Of a stretch of DNA of 64,000 nt, positions 25,399-39,869 are shown piece after piece; position 1 is the stretch's first letter, and each line of letters begins with the position of its first letter. The stretch covers positions 95,514,235 to 95,578,234 of the forward strand of contig NC_057718.1 in assembly GCF_004010195.1 (NCBI RefSeq), written 5' to 3'. Source of the stretch: Chiloscyllium plagiosum. Taxonomy: Eukaryota. The notes under the pieces were generated by a model, which was not told the DNA's origin, did no database searches, and saw nothing but the letters and a program-made list of their open reading frames with translations. The translations under genes were made by a program, and so were the position numbers.

Positions 25399-26137
25399 CT
25401 GCTTAAGGATCTTGGTGGCTTCTTGAACTATTCAGCTGTTTTATCAGACTGAGCCAATGCTGTTTCAAAATCATCCATGTTTTGTAGAACTTCAGAAATA
25501 TCTGTAGTGCTTAAAAGTTCTGAATTCTGTTTCTTAATGTCTACAAAAAAAAAAATTACAATCTGGGAGTGTGATTTATCCCTAAATGTCATGCTGCAGT
25601 GAGAGTTATATTTTCAAATGTAAATTAAACAGATTTGCAGAGATAGCAACTTGTGTGATGCTCTCGTTCCCTGAGCTTCAAGTACTTCCTAAAACTATCT
25701 TTTTTCAGGATGGCTCGATCAATGTTTGTTGCCCAATCCAATCTGCCCTTGCCTCCATTACTTTTTCTTTCCATTGACAGATTTAAAAATGTAATTCATG
25801 AAGAGGCAGGCAGTAAAGTATGTTGGATTTATATGGAAAACCTGTACTTTTAAAATACATCTCTGTAAAAGATCGCTCAAAAAGATGACAGAGGAGGAGG
25901 ACTGTACAAAATACTCTGTAATTTTGATCAGTTAAAACTCAAGATGTTTTTGTATAGAGTGAACAATAGAAAAAAAGAGTTCCTGTTCTCCCAAAGCTCT
26001 TGTACATACTATTCTGTCTCCAAGCAGTAGAATATCAATAACTTATTGATAGGTAGTCTTTGCACTGGTTTGTTCTGTAATAAATGGTGTCCTTTTATTT
26101 TTGAAACTGAGAGATTATAGGGTAACTTGTAACTTGC

Positions 26138-26279
26138 CTGTCTGATTTCCCAGTTGACCTTCCATTGTTTAATGTTGCTGTATCTCCATGTTATGATAGG
26201 ATCTCTCGTGGCCATATCTATTCTTATTAATCGGTTGTAGGAAACACCTAACAGTTCATCTTTCTTGGTTCCTCTGAAT
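26138..26279 (-). CDS. FERMT1: FERMT1 exon 14 (F3/PTB-like, integrin-binding QW motif); GC donor
   Basis: ttttacAG acceptor; 142 bp; FRGTKKDELLGVSYNRLIRIDMATRDPIITWRYSNIKQWKVNWEIRQ; donor is CAG|GCAAGT. Confidence 0.93.
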
Positions 26280-27679
26280 CTGTAAAAAGGTGATGTTGGG
26301 AAACAGTTGAATTTAAATAAGGGCCACAGTTTTTGTTTTAAAACTCTAAAACAAGTGACATTTTTAATAGCAGGAAGATAATAACAAACATAAAGACACC
26401 GCAGTAAACCTCTTTCTTGGCAACAGACTGTCTAGATGTTTTGTTTTAAGGCATAACCCTGTTATTTGTGGACCGAGGATACATTACAATAGTACTCTGG
26501 AAGGAGTTCAACATTTAATGAGGCCAAAATGAGTAGATTTAGATAGGGATTATTGTTTGTGTATGGAAAGAATCGCAAGGAATTCTGATTAACATCCGTC
26601 TCGCATGAGCTGAAATTTCCTTTCGCACAACATTGGAAAATCTGAAGGAATTCTTGCCAGTTTTGGCAAGTGCATGCTTGCTGCTGGACTTTGACGTCAT
26701 CAGCTTGTCAGAAGCTGATTGGGCTGAAGCAGATGTGCATCCTCGACGTTTGTTGCCTACTTCTAAATTAAATGTGGATTCAAAAATCACATTTTGTATT
26801 CTGTATAATCTGTACAAAGTACAGTTTCGTGCAAACAAATTTGATTATGTGCTCACACAGCATTGTGTTTTCCAGCTTTTTCTCTTCTAAAAGAATGCTT
26901 GCTGGAGAGTCTACATAACGTCTGGTGCAAAGTGTGACAGTAAAAAGGTAATTGCAAATACTTTGGATTACTACTTCTATTCACTGCAGACCTAACAGTT
27001 CAAATTTCTTATCAAATTAGGTCTAAGTCTGGCTTTGTAAACTGTGCTTGTGTCAACACATAAGGAATTGGGAGGTCCTAAGTTTTTAACAAGGTGATAA
27101 AAGAGTCTTTCTGAATCAATGAGAAATGAAGAGATGAATGATTTTCCTCATCTGACCTATCTTGTCATTATTTTTAAAAAGTACAATGACTTTGTTTTTG
27201 AAGCTTCATGTCAGTTCATCCTCCTGTTTCACACCAATCTTCTGCTCTGTTCCCCAACAATTACTTCTGACTGTATCTTTTAGTTTCTCCCAAGGTTTGT
27301 TCTTTGTATCATCTTCCTGTTCTTTCCGCTTATGGTTATTTTCTCTTCCTGCCTCTCCACTGTCCAACATCCTACAATTGATGTCCTCGCACTGTGTCCT
27401 CATTTTTCCATTTCAAGCGCTTCGAGGGGTCCAGGTATATCACGAGTTGTTGATTATTTTTGAGATCAGTTGCGAGAATTAAGTTTTAAAACAAAAACCA
27501 CTCAAATGTTTTCACCATAGAGATTTATCACAGATGGTTTTGGAAATATTAATATAACTATGTAGAGATTTTTGTACACTTTCATGTTTGAACACCCATA
27601 TAGTAATACAGTAGAGTTCCAGTATCTCATTCTAGGGAGGTTAGGACTCCATAATTAGTTGGTGCCCACAGTTCTTCCC

Positions 27680-27828
27680 GATGTGGAGATGCCCAGTTAT
27701 AGTCCAACAGGTTTATTTAAAATCACCAAGCTTTAGCCGTGCTGTTCCTTCGTCAGATGAAGTTCACCTTCACTCACCTGACGAAGGAGCAGTACTCTGA
27801 AAGCTTGTATGTCATGTGACTTCTGACT
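27680..27828. mobile_element. Short fold-back PLE-derived element with two opposed hammerhead-like motifs
   Basis: cacCTGACGAaggagcagtactctGAAAgcttgta on + (27775-27809) and a decayed copy on - (27724-27759); same family as 53689-53886. Confidence 0.65.
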
Positions 27829-27959
27829 ACAGCTGTTCTAGTAGTGGGTTTCCAGTCACCTCTGTTATAGTGAGGCAATAAGCAGAATCCATAGACTTTC
27901 TTCCAATCTTGTGGGTCTTTTAAAGGTCACTAAAGATAGCGGCGGACAGATACATTGAG

Positions 27960-28585
27960 TATAGGAGTTGGGATTTGGTATACGTTATTGGTCACAGTAT
28001 TGAGTCTACAAGTTGGGAGGTCATGTTGCGGCTGTACAGGGTATTGGTTCGGCCACTTTTGCAATACTGCGTGCAATTCTGGTCTCCTTCTGATCGGAAG
28101 GATGTTGTGAAACATGAAAGGGTTCAGAAAAGATTTACAAGGATGCTGCCATGGTTGGAAGATTTGAGCTATAGGGAGAGGTTCAATAGGCTGGGGCTGT
28201 TTTCCCTGGAGCGTCAGAGGCTGAGGGGTGACCTTATAGAGGTTTACAAAATCATGACGGGCATGGATAGGGTAAATAGAAAAAGTCTCTTCCCTGGGGT
28301 GGGGGAAGTCCAGAACTAGAGGGCAGAGGTTTGGGGTGAGAGGAGAAAGATGTAAAAGAGGCCTGAGGGTGATATGTGTATGGAATGAGCTGCCAGTGGA
28401 AGTGGTGGAGGCTAGTATATTTGCAATATCTAAAAGGTATCTGGATGGGTATATGAATAGGAAGGGTTTGAGGGATATGGGCAGGGTGCTGGCAGGTGGG
28501 ACTAGATTAGGTTGGGATATCTGGTCAGCATGGACAAGTTGGACCGAATGGTCTGTTTCCATGCTGTGCATCTCTGACTCTAAGA
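27960..28585 (+). mobile_element. CR1-like LINE 3' fragment
   Basis: LYRVLVRPLLQYCVQFWSP..RKDVVK.ERVQKRFTRMLP. Confidence 0.88.
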
Positions 28586-29274
28586 CTGTGTTGTGTATCT
28601 CTGCATTCGTAGAAGATGGACTATTGACAGACAAACAATTCATAAGCAGTATATGAAGGGGAACAATTAAAGTATTTGACAATGTGGAGTAAAATATATG
28701 ATTGAGGTGAATTGTCCACAGCGTACTAGAAATTTTGATAAATATGTTTAAATCCATCTCCATTGTTTTAGAAATTATTTTGCTTAATTCATTGAAAAGC
28801 TTGCATCTTTAATTCATTTACCTTCTTATTCTTAAATTGAACAATTATTGTGAAGTAGGAAAACTACGTTTGATTTAACATTTTTCCTGCATGAAAGTAA
28901 TTTAATTTGTGAACATTTAAATCAAACTTTATTTCAACTATATTTGGGTTTTGTAACTTTTTAAAAATGTTTTTGCCTCACCTACGTGTAGTTTTGTACA
29001 AATATGCAAACTTTAATAAAAGTGATATCTTCACTAATAAACAAAAGTCACTGAATCACTGGGAAGGGCCTGAATAATTCAGACTGATTAGTCACCAGTT
29101 CTGTCGGTGGTAATTGTATTTCTAGGAATACAACTTAAAAACAATTTTAGTGATTAAAGTATGTGTATAAAAATAAGAAAGCTTGCCTTTGAGTCATTTA
29201 TATTTGAGTTTTAATGTGAATGTCAGTTTGCCTTGCCAATACAAACCAATACAATATTCTTAGATGTCACTAAC

Positions 29275-29399
29275 CTGACCAAAAAATAAGAAACTCCAAA
29301 GTCTGGCAGTAACTGCCAGGCTTGGATGAACCGCATCTTGGCTTCTACCAGGGTCATCTGGGCAACATTTTGGTGCGCTTCCAGGATGCGTGTTGTCAA
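29275..29399 (-). CDS. FERMT1: FERMT1 exon 13
   Basis: tttacAG / GTTAGT; 125 bp; [41 protein letters not shown](R). Confidence 0.95.
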
Positions 29400-31969
29400 C
29401 TGTAAACCAAATATCCAAGAGAGAATTTAATGTAGTACAGCTATTGCGACAAGTACAATTACTTCAATGTGCCCAAGCTTTTTCTTTGACGCATCACATA
29501 TATATTATGTGTGTATATGTACAGATGCTCAATCCACTTGTGTATAGAAGTACAGACTTGAGTACAACCTTGGAAGAACAGTGGGCAGACTGAAGAGCAA
29601 GTCATCACTTTGTCACTCGTTAGCGCTGTTGTGGGGAAAATCACCAGCTTCGGAGTCAGAGTCGGGGTTCAACCACAGAGTTTATTGTACAAGGAAATAC
29701 CGGAGCTCCAGGGAGAGAAAGACACCAACAGCTCAATAGTCAGCTACGATTCTTCTCTCAACCTGGAGCACAAGTCAAGATACTTTTATACATTTAGTGA
29801 TATAAGAAGTCACTGATGAGGTTATTGTCTCTGAACATACTTTGTTTGTTGTAAACATTATAGAATCGTTGATAGTTTTGATGCAATCATTATCAGTTCC
29901 AGCGCAGCCTTTGTTAATTTCAGCACCGTCGTTGTCAGTTTCAATGTCTGTGCGGAAATCCATTGCTCTAGTAATGGGCAGTAATCGTTCTTCCTGAGAA
30001 GGACGAATATTGCAGCCCTGGCTATTTGCACTTTGTATTGAGCCAGTATCAAACAGGTAGCATTTCTATCAAAGGTGTTGGCTGGATCCAGACACTTTGG
30101 GCAGTATACTCTACTCATGTATATTCCATCCCCCACCCGCCTTAAACTAATCAACTAGGTTGTGAGTGCATTGTGCTAGCATTCTGGTGGCCCCAGGCAG
30201 TGTCTGTGTTTGGTCCGGCGCCCATCTTGTGTGTCCGAGTGCCTAGTGTCACCCAGTTCTATGCCATGTCCCACTTCAGTGCCTACTTCACCACCCGCAA
30301 TAATTTAACAATTTACCATGGGCAAGGAGTTGATCATAAATCTGAGCATAGGTAATAAAATTATTTAGCAAAATAAGTTACAGCAATTTGATCTTTTGAT
30401 TGTTCTCTTATTGATCCATTGCCAACTTTGCTCCTGGTAATCTATTCAACAATGCAAGAGTGAGAAAAGAGACAGGTGCACACTTCTGTACCCTTTTTTT
30501 TTAAACCAATACTATCAGAAATTAGTGTCAGGCTACAGAGAGGCTGATACCCATTCTAAATGGTTAGACCTATGTAACACCTATAGCCTCTTCATGCTGT
30601 TCCTCCATGACTTTACAACATTTCCTTTTTAAATCTGAGCATTCATTCTGACTGAGTTAAAAATTCTGTAGTGCACTAGTGGAAGTACTGAGTGCAGCCA
30701 TGGTAACAGGAAATATTAGTTGGCACAGAAGAAGCAGGAATGATCTAATGTATTCTATATATTATAATGGAATATACTGGACACTAATAAAATTCCCATG
30801 GCTAAGTTACAGATATGCCTTCTTTCGATCCTTTTTCTGCATCTTTTTCTCCCCTTGCCTATTCCTCTTCTGTCTGTTGAAGGTGCCGAGGGTGATGGGT
30901 AGTGTTTTGCAACAATCTGGTCAGGTATATTTATTAATGACTGATGAGAGAACAGAGCATTGCATATCCAAGTTTGCAGGTGACTGTTAAGGTAGGAAGC
31001 GCATTAAGTACTGTGGATCAGTGTAGCAAAGTTATAAAGAGACGTGGTCAGATTAAATGAGTTGAAAGAACTATGTAATTAGAATTCACAGTGGGCATGT
31101 GTGTGCATACTTTGAACCCAGGCTGAATGGACTATTTCAAAATGCAAAGTAGAAACAGGATTTGGGTGCACACAAGTACATAAATCATTAAACACTAGTG
31201 GACGGGAACCAAACGTAATCAAAAAGACTAAGTGAAACTTGACATTTAATCTTAAGGGGCTGAGAAACAATAAGGGAGGAGTTGCATTGTAACGGAGTCT
31301 AGCCTTAGTCATTATCTCATCTGGATTCTTGATCAAACGCGGACCCACTTTTTGGGAAGAATATAATTAATAATCTTGAAGAGGTGCAGGACAAAGACAG
31401 CACAATGTTAAAAAAATCTTAGCTTATCATTTCTTGGCTATAGAAGATTGGCAAGGGTTTGGGGGAGGAGTGGGGGAAATGAATGATCGCGTTGTTTGGA
31501 ATGTTAAAATATGATAGGGGCAGAACAAGGAGACGTAATCTTAAAATGAGAGCTAGGCCAGTCAGGAACAGAATCAATAAATACTTATTCCTCACATAAG
31601 GTGTCGCAGAAATATGGGATTCTCCTTCAAGTAGTCTGTTGGAGCTTTCAAGACAGATTTTTGTTATTATGAAATTGATGTCCTGATTGGTTAAAGTCTA
31701 ACAATGATATACTCCACACAGACGGTCACCTGACGCTGGAACTGAACCTAGGAACCTGGTGCTGTGAGGCAGCAGTGCTAACCACTGACCCACCGTGCCG
31801 CCCCATTTGCAGGCTGATTCTGAAATAAAAACTAATGTGAGCATTCAATCTTTTCATGTAGAATTTTATACATTATGGACCAAAGTATTTTCATTTCATC
31901 CCTAGTAATCTGATTTGCATGGGGGAAGAAAAAGTGAAATGTATAATTGTATCAGTCAAAAACCCATAC

Positions 31970-32191
31970 CTGTTTAGTTTTTAACTTTTTCAAGTATTTT
32001 CGTGACACCAATGATTCTGGATTCACGTCCAGGGCATTTGAGTCCTGTATCACCTGAGGCACAGAATTCACGTTCTTCATCTTCAAGAAAGATTGAATGT
32101 CATGCACCTCTGTGGGGTATGAGCTGTCAGCCATAGTCTTCCCTTTTGAAGCCAGTTTGCAAGCAGCCATCCATTTAGCATATTGTGTTTC
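31970..32191 (-). CDS. FERMT1: FERMT1 exon 12
   Basis: ctgcAG / GTATGG; 222 bp; [29 protein letters not shown]...KKLKTKQ. Confidence 0.96.
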
Positions 32192-34427
32192 CTGCAGTCA
32201 ACCATCAATGCTTGGTGTTAATATAAAACCATTTAAAATAGCTAGAAACATAAAGTCAGCTTGGCTAACAAATCTAATACGGAGCCAGGGAACCACTTGA
32301 AAAAGACCATTCAGTTTATCCATCTGACCCCTGTTTTGGGGCTATGTCCATTAGTATCTCAATCCATTTTGATGTCCCTCAAGCTGATATGTAGATGCTC
32401 CTTGATAAATGAAGAATCTGCTCCTGTTGATTTTTACAATATTTTTAGCAAGACTTCAACTGGATTCAAGGCACTAATTAGTACCATACCTAATGCATGC
32501 TAACACGAAGTAAAATAGCAAGGAAAGGTCAATGATATTGTTGATTTTTATAATTAAAAAAAAATAAGTACCCAAGTAATGTTCCTTTATGGATGATACA
32601 ATATCATTCCTTCCAATGCTGTCTAAATTTGGGCTATGTTAAATAACCCTCTTGTTTACATTTTTTTAATAGCTCATAGGGAATTGGGATTGTTCCAGTG
32701 AACTCGAAGTGGTTAAAGTAGTACCATTATTTAACAGGGCAGCGATTTGGAAATAGGAAACTATAGGTCTACGAGTTAGTTTGTTATTGGAAGTTGTTAG
32801 AAAGGACTATTGGAAATTGGAGTTTTCTGAAGCTGAATTCTTTTAGTGTTCCGTATTAAGTGTTTCCTGGTAGCATGAAACCTCATTTAGCTGTTGCAGT
32901 AATAAGTAGCCTTCTCCAAACAAATCCCTAGCATATGAAAACAAAGCAAAGGTTACACGAATCACCACTGTTGAACTGTCATTGGAGATTTATTGGGCCC
33001 AGAGCACTGGAGGGAGGGAGAGAGAAAGGAGGAGAGGAGTGAGGGAGGGAGGAACAGAAGGAGATGGAGTTCAAGAGAATGAGCCATCGTCATCTTGAGA
33101 GAAAACCAGTACCATCAAAGGCTAAGTGAAATCTGAAATGAACATCCTGCTACTCCAAATCCTAAGGTCCACTACCTTTGATTCTCCATTCTACAGATGG
33201 CTTCGGGATTGTTATGACACATGCATCTGTCTCAGGTCATATATCCTTTGTCTAATTAAATAAAGCATTGCACCTGAACTACTGCTTCGGAACATATTTT
33301 GATAAACCCTCTGAAAATTCCTTACTAATGGTCATCTGCTTATATTAGGTAACTGTGATTGTGAACCCCGCAAAAGGACAACTTGAGCTATGAACATTGT
33401 GATACAGTGAGTATCATCAGACATTTCTGAAAAAGAAAGTTGTGCCTAACCAACTTGCTTGAGATTATTGGGAAAGTAGCTAAGGAGGTAAAATACTAAC
33501 AGTATTTACTTGGACTTTAGGAAAGTTTTGATAAGTTGTTGCTAACCTGAATTGGACAGCAAATTAGTCGTGTTCCCTTGAGCAAGTAAGTGGATATGTG
33601 TGGGGAGATCAGTAACAGTAATGGTGCTCTTTGGTGGGTCTATGTTGGGAATGCTGCTCATCATTAATTGCATTAGTGACCAAAACAAATTTGTAATGGG
33701 GAGACCTATGCTGGGGATGGAACCCTAAATATGAAGTAAAGATTAAATCTAATAAAATATAATAGGAGAATGGGTCTGCATCCTGCAAAAGTCCCTTGAC
33801 ATGGATAAATGTAACATTAGACAGGGCTAACATTATGCATGCATAGATATTTTCTAATTACCCTGTTCAGTAATGTTATTACACATTTCTGGATTAAATT
33901 AGACTAAAACAACTGTACAGGCCACACAATTCGGGATATTGCTCCAATTATCCACAACCATCTTATGAGAAATTTCCTGACATAGTTTTGTTTTCTGCTG
34001 GGATAGATTATGTAATGCCTTTTCCCTAGCTGATATAAATTGCTCAAGCAGAATTAATTTGATCACTTCAAAACATTAATCACTTCAATCCTGTCTTCCC
34101 AAAGACCCACTTTGCTGACTGTCAGATGGCTAAGGGCTATTAAACTAGGGTTAAATCTAGTGACCTTACGTAAATCTTCCACAGATCATCTACGTCACCA
34201 CCCACAAAACTGAATGCAGTCCTAACTAAAATCTTATACAAGGACAAAGTGGCTTGATTAGTTTTGATCTGAGTTGTATTTTGTGTAATTCTGAGGCCCC
34301 TTTGCTATTTATGAAACTTCAATTCTATCATGCACAGTATGTGGATACGTGGTCAGAGTTGTTGTGGTGCAGTGGCAATGTCCCTATCTCTGAACAGTAT
34401 CTTTCTAGATTTGTGTCATCCCAAATC

Positions 34428-34778
34428 ATTAGAATCCCTATAGGTGTGGAAACAGGCTCCTCAAGTCCACACCGACTTTCTAAAGAGCATCCCACCCAGA
34501 CCCACTCCTGACCCTATCCCTGTAATCCTGACATTTCCCATGGCTAACCCACCAAACCTACACATCCCTGGCTACTCTGAGCAATTTAGTATTGCCAATT
34601 CACCTAACCTGCACATCTCTGGACTGTGGGAGGAAACCGGAGCACCCGGAGGAAACCCACGCAGACACGCGGAGAACGTACAAACTCCACACAGACTGTC
34701 GCCCGAGGATGGAATTGAACCTGGGTCCCTGGCGCTGTGAGGCATCAGTGCTAACCACTGAGGCACCGTGTTGCCCCT
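34428..34778 (-). mobile_element. V-SINE/HE1-like SINE, near full length
   Basis: Reverse-complement SINE consensus with A and B boxes. Confidence 0.85.
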
Positions 34779-35028
34779 TGGTGAGGTTCTTATTAAAACA
34801 AAGAGTTATATATTCAGTGAAGTATGCTAATAAGCCAAGTCATTTAATCACTCCAAATTAGAATCTTGCTTAACCAAGGCCAGCTAATTCCCTAATCCCT
34901 CTCAAAATCTGAGTGATAATTCCCTGTCGTTGCCATCGAATGCTGAGAAATGTTTTCACATGCACCAAAGCAAAACCTCGCTCATGTTAATTCCTGTGAA
35001 TGTATAAAACTTACAGTAGAAGACTTAC

Positions 35029-35135
35029 ATTGTGACATTTTATGTATACTTCATTCATGCCATCAGCCACAGGAATTAGCAACTTGATCCCAAATTTCTG
35101 TCCTGCTACGTTCACATCTGGCATAACTTCACATC
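35029..35135 (-). CDS. FERMT1: FERMT1 exon 11 (PH domain)
   Basis: aatacAG / GTAAGT; 107 bp; (G)[35 protein letters not shown]. Confidence 0.96.
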
Positions 35136-37171
35136 CTGTATTAGGCAAAGTTTCAAGGAAAATAGTTAAGTGAGACTTGAAATGTGACAGATAAATTGAA
35201 TAAAGGGTTTTCAAGTATGCTTGTGTGTGTTTTGGGAGCATGTGTATTAAAGCCTGTGGTGTTTCTTGGATTCACTCTTAACCCCAGACTAATCCCTTAC
35301 ATTCTGAGATACTGCGGCGTTACACATTTTGTAAATTACCGCTCTTATTAAAGACAAACTGGTACTGATATAGGTAACAAAGCAGCTTTCTTATTAGGGA
35401 GGTTTTTTTTTGTGTGAAATTGGTCCACCACAGATGAAAAATTGTCGGTTTTGGGTATCCCAGTAACTCCCAATGGGCAACACGTATTGCCTGCAGCAGA
35501 AAATTAACCCCAATTTCTCCAGAGGAAATTAATTTAGTTTTTGGCACGCTCTAAATGTTTTTTTTTTAAGATTCTGTGTGGGAACCACGGTGACGAGGCT
35601 TCCAAAGAGATCTGAGAAGATGGTGGATCGTGGGGGAGCAGCAATGACGATGTAAAGCATCTTTGGAAATGCTGAGGTCAGAATACTGCTATACAAATGC
35701 AATATTCTTTACTTCAGTGAAACCTGATTAGCAGACTAAGTTAGCCTTATAAACCATGCAACAATTCTCTTGGTGCTCTGCCAAATCACGACCCTCCACC
35801 CCACAATACATAGTTTTCTGGATCTCTCCCTCCATTTTTGAAGCCATCTTAAGGCAAATTTATAAGATAATTTTCAATGTTGAATATTAGAATTTTTTTC
35901 TTTCTTCTCAGAAGCTCAGTTTCATCCAAATGTTATTTGCTAATGTAGAGGAAGACAAAGTGTATATTATACAAGTCACAATTTTCTGTAACTTTTCCAA
36001 TAGATTCCTATTCTCATCTTCCGATTTAGAATTACTTGCATCCAACTTTAAAATTCAATTATTTAATAAATCAGAATCTTAGTTGATATGCAGAGAGACA
36101 TTATATTTAATATTCACATTTATGCAAAAAGTTATTTCCTTCTGCGATCTAAAGTTTAATTAAAATTGTTGATAAACAACATATTATTTGAGAGTTCCAC
36201 GAACAAATGTGATCATATTGAGGTATGTGTTTTAAATATTTTTGTCAAATTTCTAGGTACCTAATAAATGAGGCATCATAATAACGTCACTGTTGTGTAA
36301 CCTATGACATATAGCAGAACAGGGTAATATGGTGGAAGACACCTATTAGTGTCTGGCAAATCAGTGACACCTGCACTTGTGACAATTTGCAGAGGGATCC
36401 TAATACAGATATGCACTTTGTAGAACTGCGGACTGTTTCTTACATAATGGAATTTATTATTTTGTAGAAAGTCACGGTTATGTTTGAATTTGAATGCAAA
36501 AAATGTGGGAAATGGTATACAGACCTAAGGGAAGGTTGCTTTTACATCTATGCCAGCCCTCTAAGCTGGGGGGGGCGTCTAAATCGGAGTGGGAGATGGA
36601 GGGGTTAAAGGAATTTATATATGGAAAGTGGAAATATTGCCAAATGGATGGAAAACCTCCAATTGTTTCAGTTCAATGTTTAATTTGGTCTAATTGTGTT
36701 TCATTGTAGCTTTTATTAAGGAAAATAAATTACCTCGTCAATTTGATATTGAATCAGAATAAATTTTGTTTTTATTCGTTCATGGGATGTTGGTGCCACT
36801 GGCAGGGCGATCATTTATTATCCATCTGAGGGGAGTTCAGTGTCAATCACATTGGTGTGGGTCTGGAGTCACATGTCAGCCAGACCAAGGTAAGGACAGC
36901 ATCTTTCCTTCCCTGAAAGGCATTAGTGAACGAGATGGGTTTTTAATGATAATTAATACTACTTACAAGGTCTCCATTAGGCTAGCTTTTCACTCCAGAA
37001 TTTTATAAATTTCAAATTTCACTACCTGTAATGATGGGATTCCAACTACCACAATGCCACTATCATCTTGTTAAAATATTAGATTTGTAACTTAAGTTTT
37101 GGAATTTAGAACACGTTACCTGGCTTTTTAAGCGATGTTTGATCTGCAGAAACTTAAACTCTGTTTCTTAC

Positions 37172-37296
37172 CTCTCAGGTTTAATTTTTCAATTGGTTCT
37201 CCTTGAGATGCTTCCTTATTCTTGAAGTATGATAAGCAGGTATCTTTAAAAATAAAGTAGTATTGCTTGTAGGCTTTCAGCGTCAGTTTTTTGGGT
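37172..37296 (-). CDS. FERMT1: FERMT1 exon 10 (PH domain)
   Basis: atttcAG / GTAAGA; 125 bp; [41 protein letters not shown]. Confidence 0.95.
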
Positions 37297-39495
37297 CTGA
37301 AATGCGAAACATATTTTGAGGTCTACATTCAAAAAAAGTTTAAATTGCTCAGAGTCTTTCGTTCAGTTTGAAAGCAGTCAGATAGCAGGGAAACAGATCC
37401 TTCAGTCCAACTCGTCCATGCAGACCAAGTTTCCCAACTATTCCCACTTGCCTGTTTGGCCCCTATCTCTCTTAAACCTTTCCTATTCATGTAGCTATCC
37501 AAATGTTTTTTTTTAAAGCTGTAACTGTACCTGTATCTACCACTTCCTCTGGCAATTCATTCCACATACAAAACTCCCTTTCTGTGTGAAAAAGTTGCCC
37601 CTCAGATTTTCAATCTTTCTCCACTCACCTTAAATCTATGCCACCTAGTTTTGAACTCTCCCCACCCGAGGGAAGTTTACTTGCAATTAATCCTCTTTAA
37701 TACAATAATGTGGTATTTGTGGATGAAGATCTGAAACAAAAACAGAAATTTGTGGAGAAACTCAGCAGGTCCGGCAATGAAGAGAAAGTAGACTTAACTT
37801 TTAGGGTCCAGTGACCCTTCTTTAGGAGCATTCTGAAGAACTTGAAACATTAACTCTATTTCTCTCCACAGATGCTGCTGGACCTGCTGAGTTTCTCTTG
37901 CAATTTCTGTTTTTGTATTGTATCTCCTTATTTGGTGAGTTTAATTCTGAAACAAGCTTTCACATGATGGAGTGGTATATAGCCACTCCAGCATCTGTGA
38001 AACAAAACTCAGAAATCGATTCATTTCAAGTTAAATATTGCAATATATCTATTCAAATGGGTCTACCTCTTGCATGTAGGACCTCATAGTCATGGATACA
38101 TTTTCTCCTTAGATATTCAAAATATCTCTATTCTTATATGGTAGTAAATACAAATAATTTAAGAAAGACAAAGAACTGCAGATGCTGGAGATCTGAACCA
38201 AGAACAGAAATTGCTGAAGAAACTCAGCAGGTCTGGCAGCATCTGTGGGAAGAAAGCAGAGTTAAGGTTTCAAGCTCAATGCCTCTATCTGTTCTGATGA
38301 AGAGTGACTGGATTAGAAATGTTAACTCTGCTATCTTCCCAAAATAATTTTACTTCTGGAAAACAAACCCTGCCAAGAAAACCATCAGGTTGAGTTTACC
38401 GGAAACAAAGTCCACAACAAGAGAAAGCCTTGTATGCAAGACCGGTTCCAATTGATGGTACTGTCAGATGGGATCAGCTTCTGAAAATAAAAGCCAAATG
38501 GTCATACTGCCACATGAAGGAACTTCCAGCCCTCTATTTTTGGTGGGCCTGCACCACGTCTACTCAGGCTGTAGTGCAAGAGAGAAACAGAACCTCAATG
38601 CTGAGGTTGAGGCCAGGCAGACCCATTGGCAGTGGTATCACAGGACGTGGAATGCCTGTCAAGGTGAGCTCCATCCTGGAATGGCCACTAGGGTTTACCT
38701 TGTAATGTCGCAAGCAAAATATCAACGGGCAGTGGCCTTGAATTCAGTTCTTGAGCGGTTCAGACATAGAAGCTCCCAGCACAGGAAAAGGCCCTTCAGC
38801 CCATTAAGTCTGCACATTGAAGAATGAGCACCTAGCCATTCCAATCCCATTTTCCAGCACTTTGTCCATAGCCTTGTTTGCCTTGGCATCCCATGTGCAC
38901 ATCTAAATACTGGTGGGTGCCCCTACCGAATGGCCATGCCAGTAAGCTTTCTATTGTTGGCAGGAAGACGGGGGCCGGGAAAATTAAAAACATACATCGT
39001 TCTTCCAACATTAGTCACGTATGAAAGGCACTATCATTCTTTCAACCATCCCTTTGTCTCCCTGTCGTTCTCTCTCTCTCTCTCTTCCCGTCTATCCGCT
39101 CACTCCTTCCCAACCACCCAGCCCATGTCTTCACCTTTTGCTAGCTATTATCAGTCCTTAGGAAGGGTCACTAGATTCAAAATGTAGTCTCTGCTTTCTC
39201 TGTATGGATACTGCCGGACCTGCTGAATTTCTTCAGCAATTTATTTTTGGTTTAGATGTCCACCGTTCAGTTCTGTTTTATTTTAATGTATGAAAACTAC
39301 ATATTAATATAAGACCTAATAATGCTTAGTTTAAATGTTTATATCCTGAAAACAACCCTCTATAAATGTCTTAAACCACTCCTTAAAATTATTTGGAATT
39401 CATACAAAACACTGATTTTTATTGGAGATAATATACAGCTGAACTAACATTACAGAAATACAGTGACACTATAATTCAAGAATTCCTTTACTAAC

Positions 39496-39545
39496 CTGAA
39501 GATGTTTAGGTAATCTGCTAATTTTGGGATGTCCGTAATGTCCTC
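39496..39545 (-). CDS. FERMT1: FERMT1 exon 9
   Basis: cctctAG / GTTAGT; 50 bp; EDITDIPKLADYLNIF(R). Confidence 0.94.
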
Positions 39546-39869
39546 CTAGAGGAAAAAAAGAGCAAGTAATCTGTCATAATATTAATCTCAATAGCTTTTA
39601 CATTTTTGGAGAAAGAGAAAATGCTAAAAACAGAAACAGTGGTTCTGTCAAAAAGCTGAGGAGCATGGACGCTGGAAGTCTGAACGAAAAAGAGAAGCTG
39701 CTGGAAATATCTAGCAGGTCAGCTAATACCTCGAGAGAGAGAGAGAGACTCAGAGTTAAACATTTCAGGTTGATGGCCTTTCCAATCGCAAGAGTTGAAA
39801 GGTCACTGACCTGAAACATTATCTCTTGTTCATCCCTTAACAATGGCTGTATTTGATTCAACACAGAAT

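Noticed and set aside
27930..28763. 277-aa minus-strand ORF, the longest in the track
   Set aside because: It is the antisense reading of a CR1 3' fragment plus flank, with no recognisable domain.
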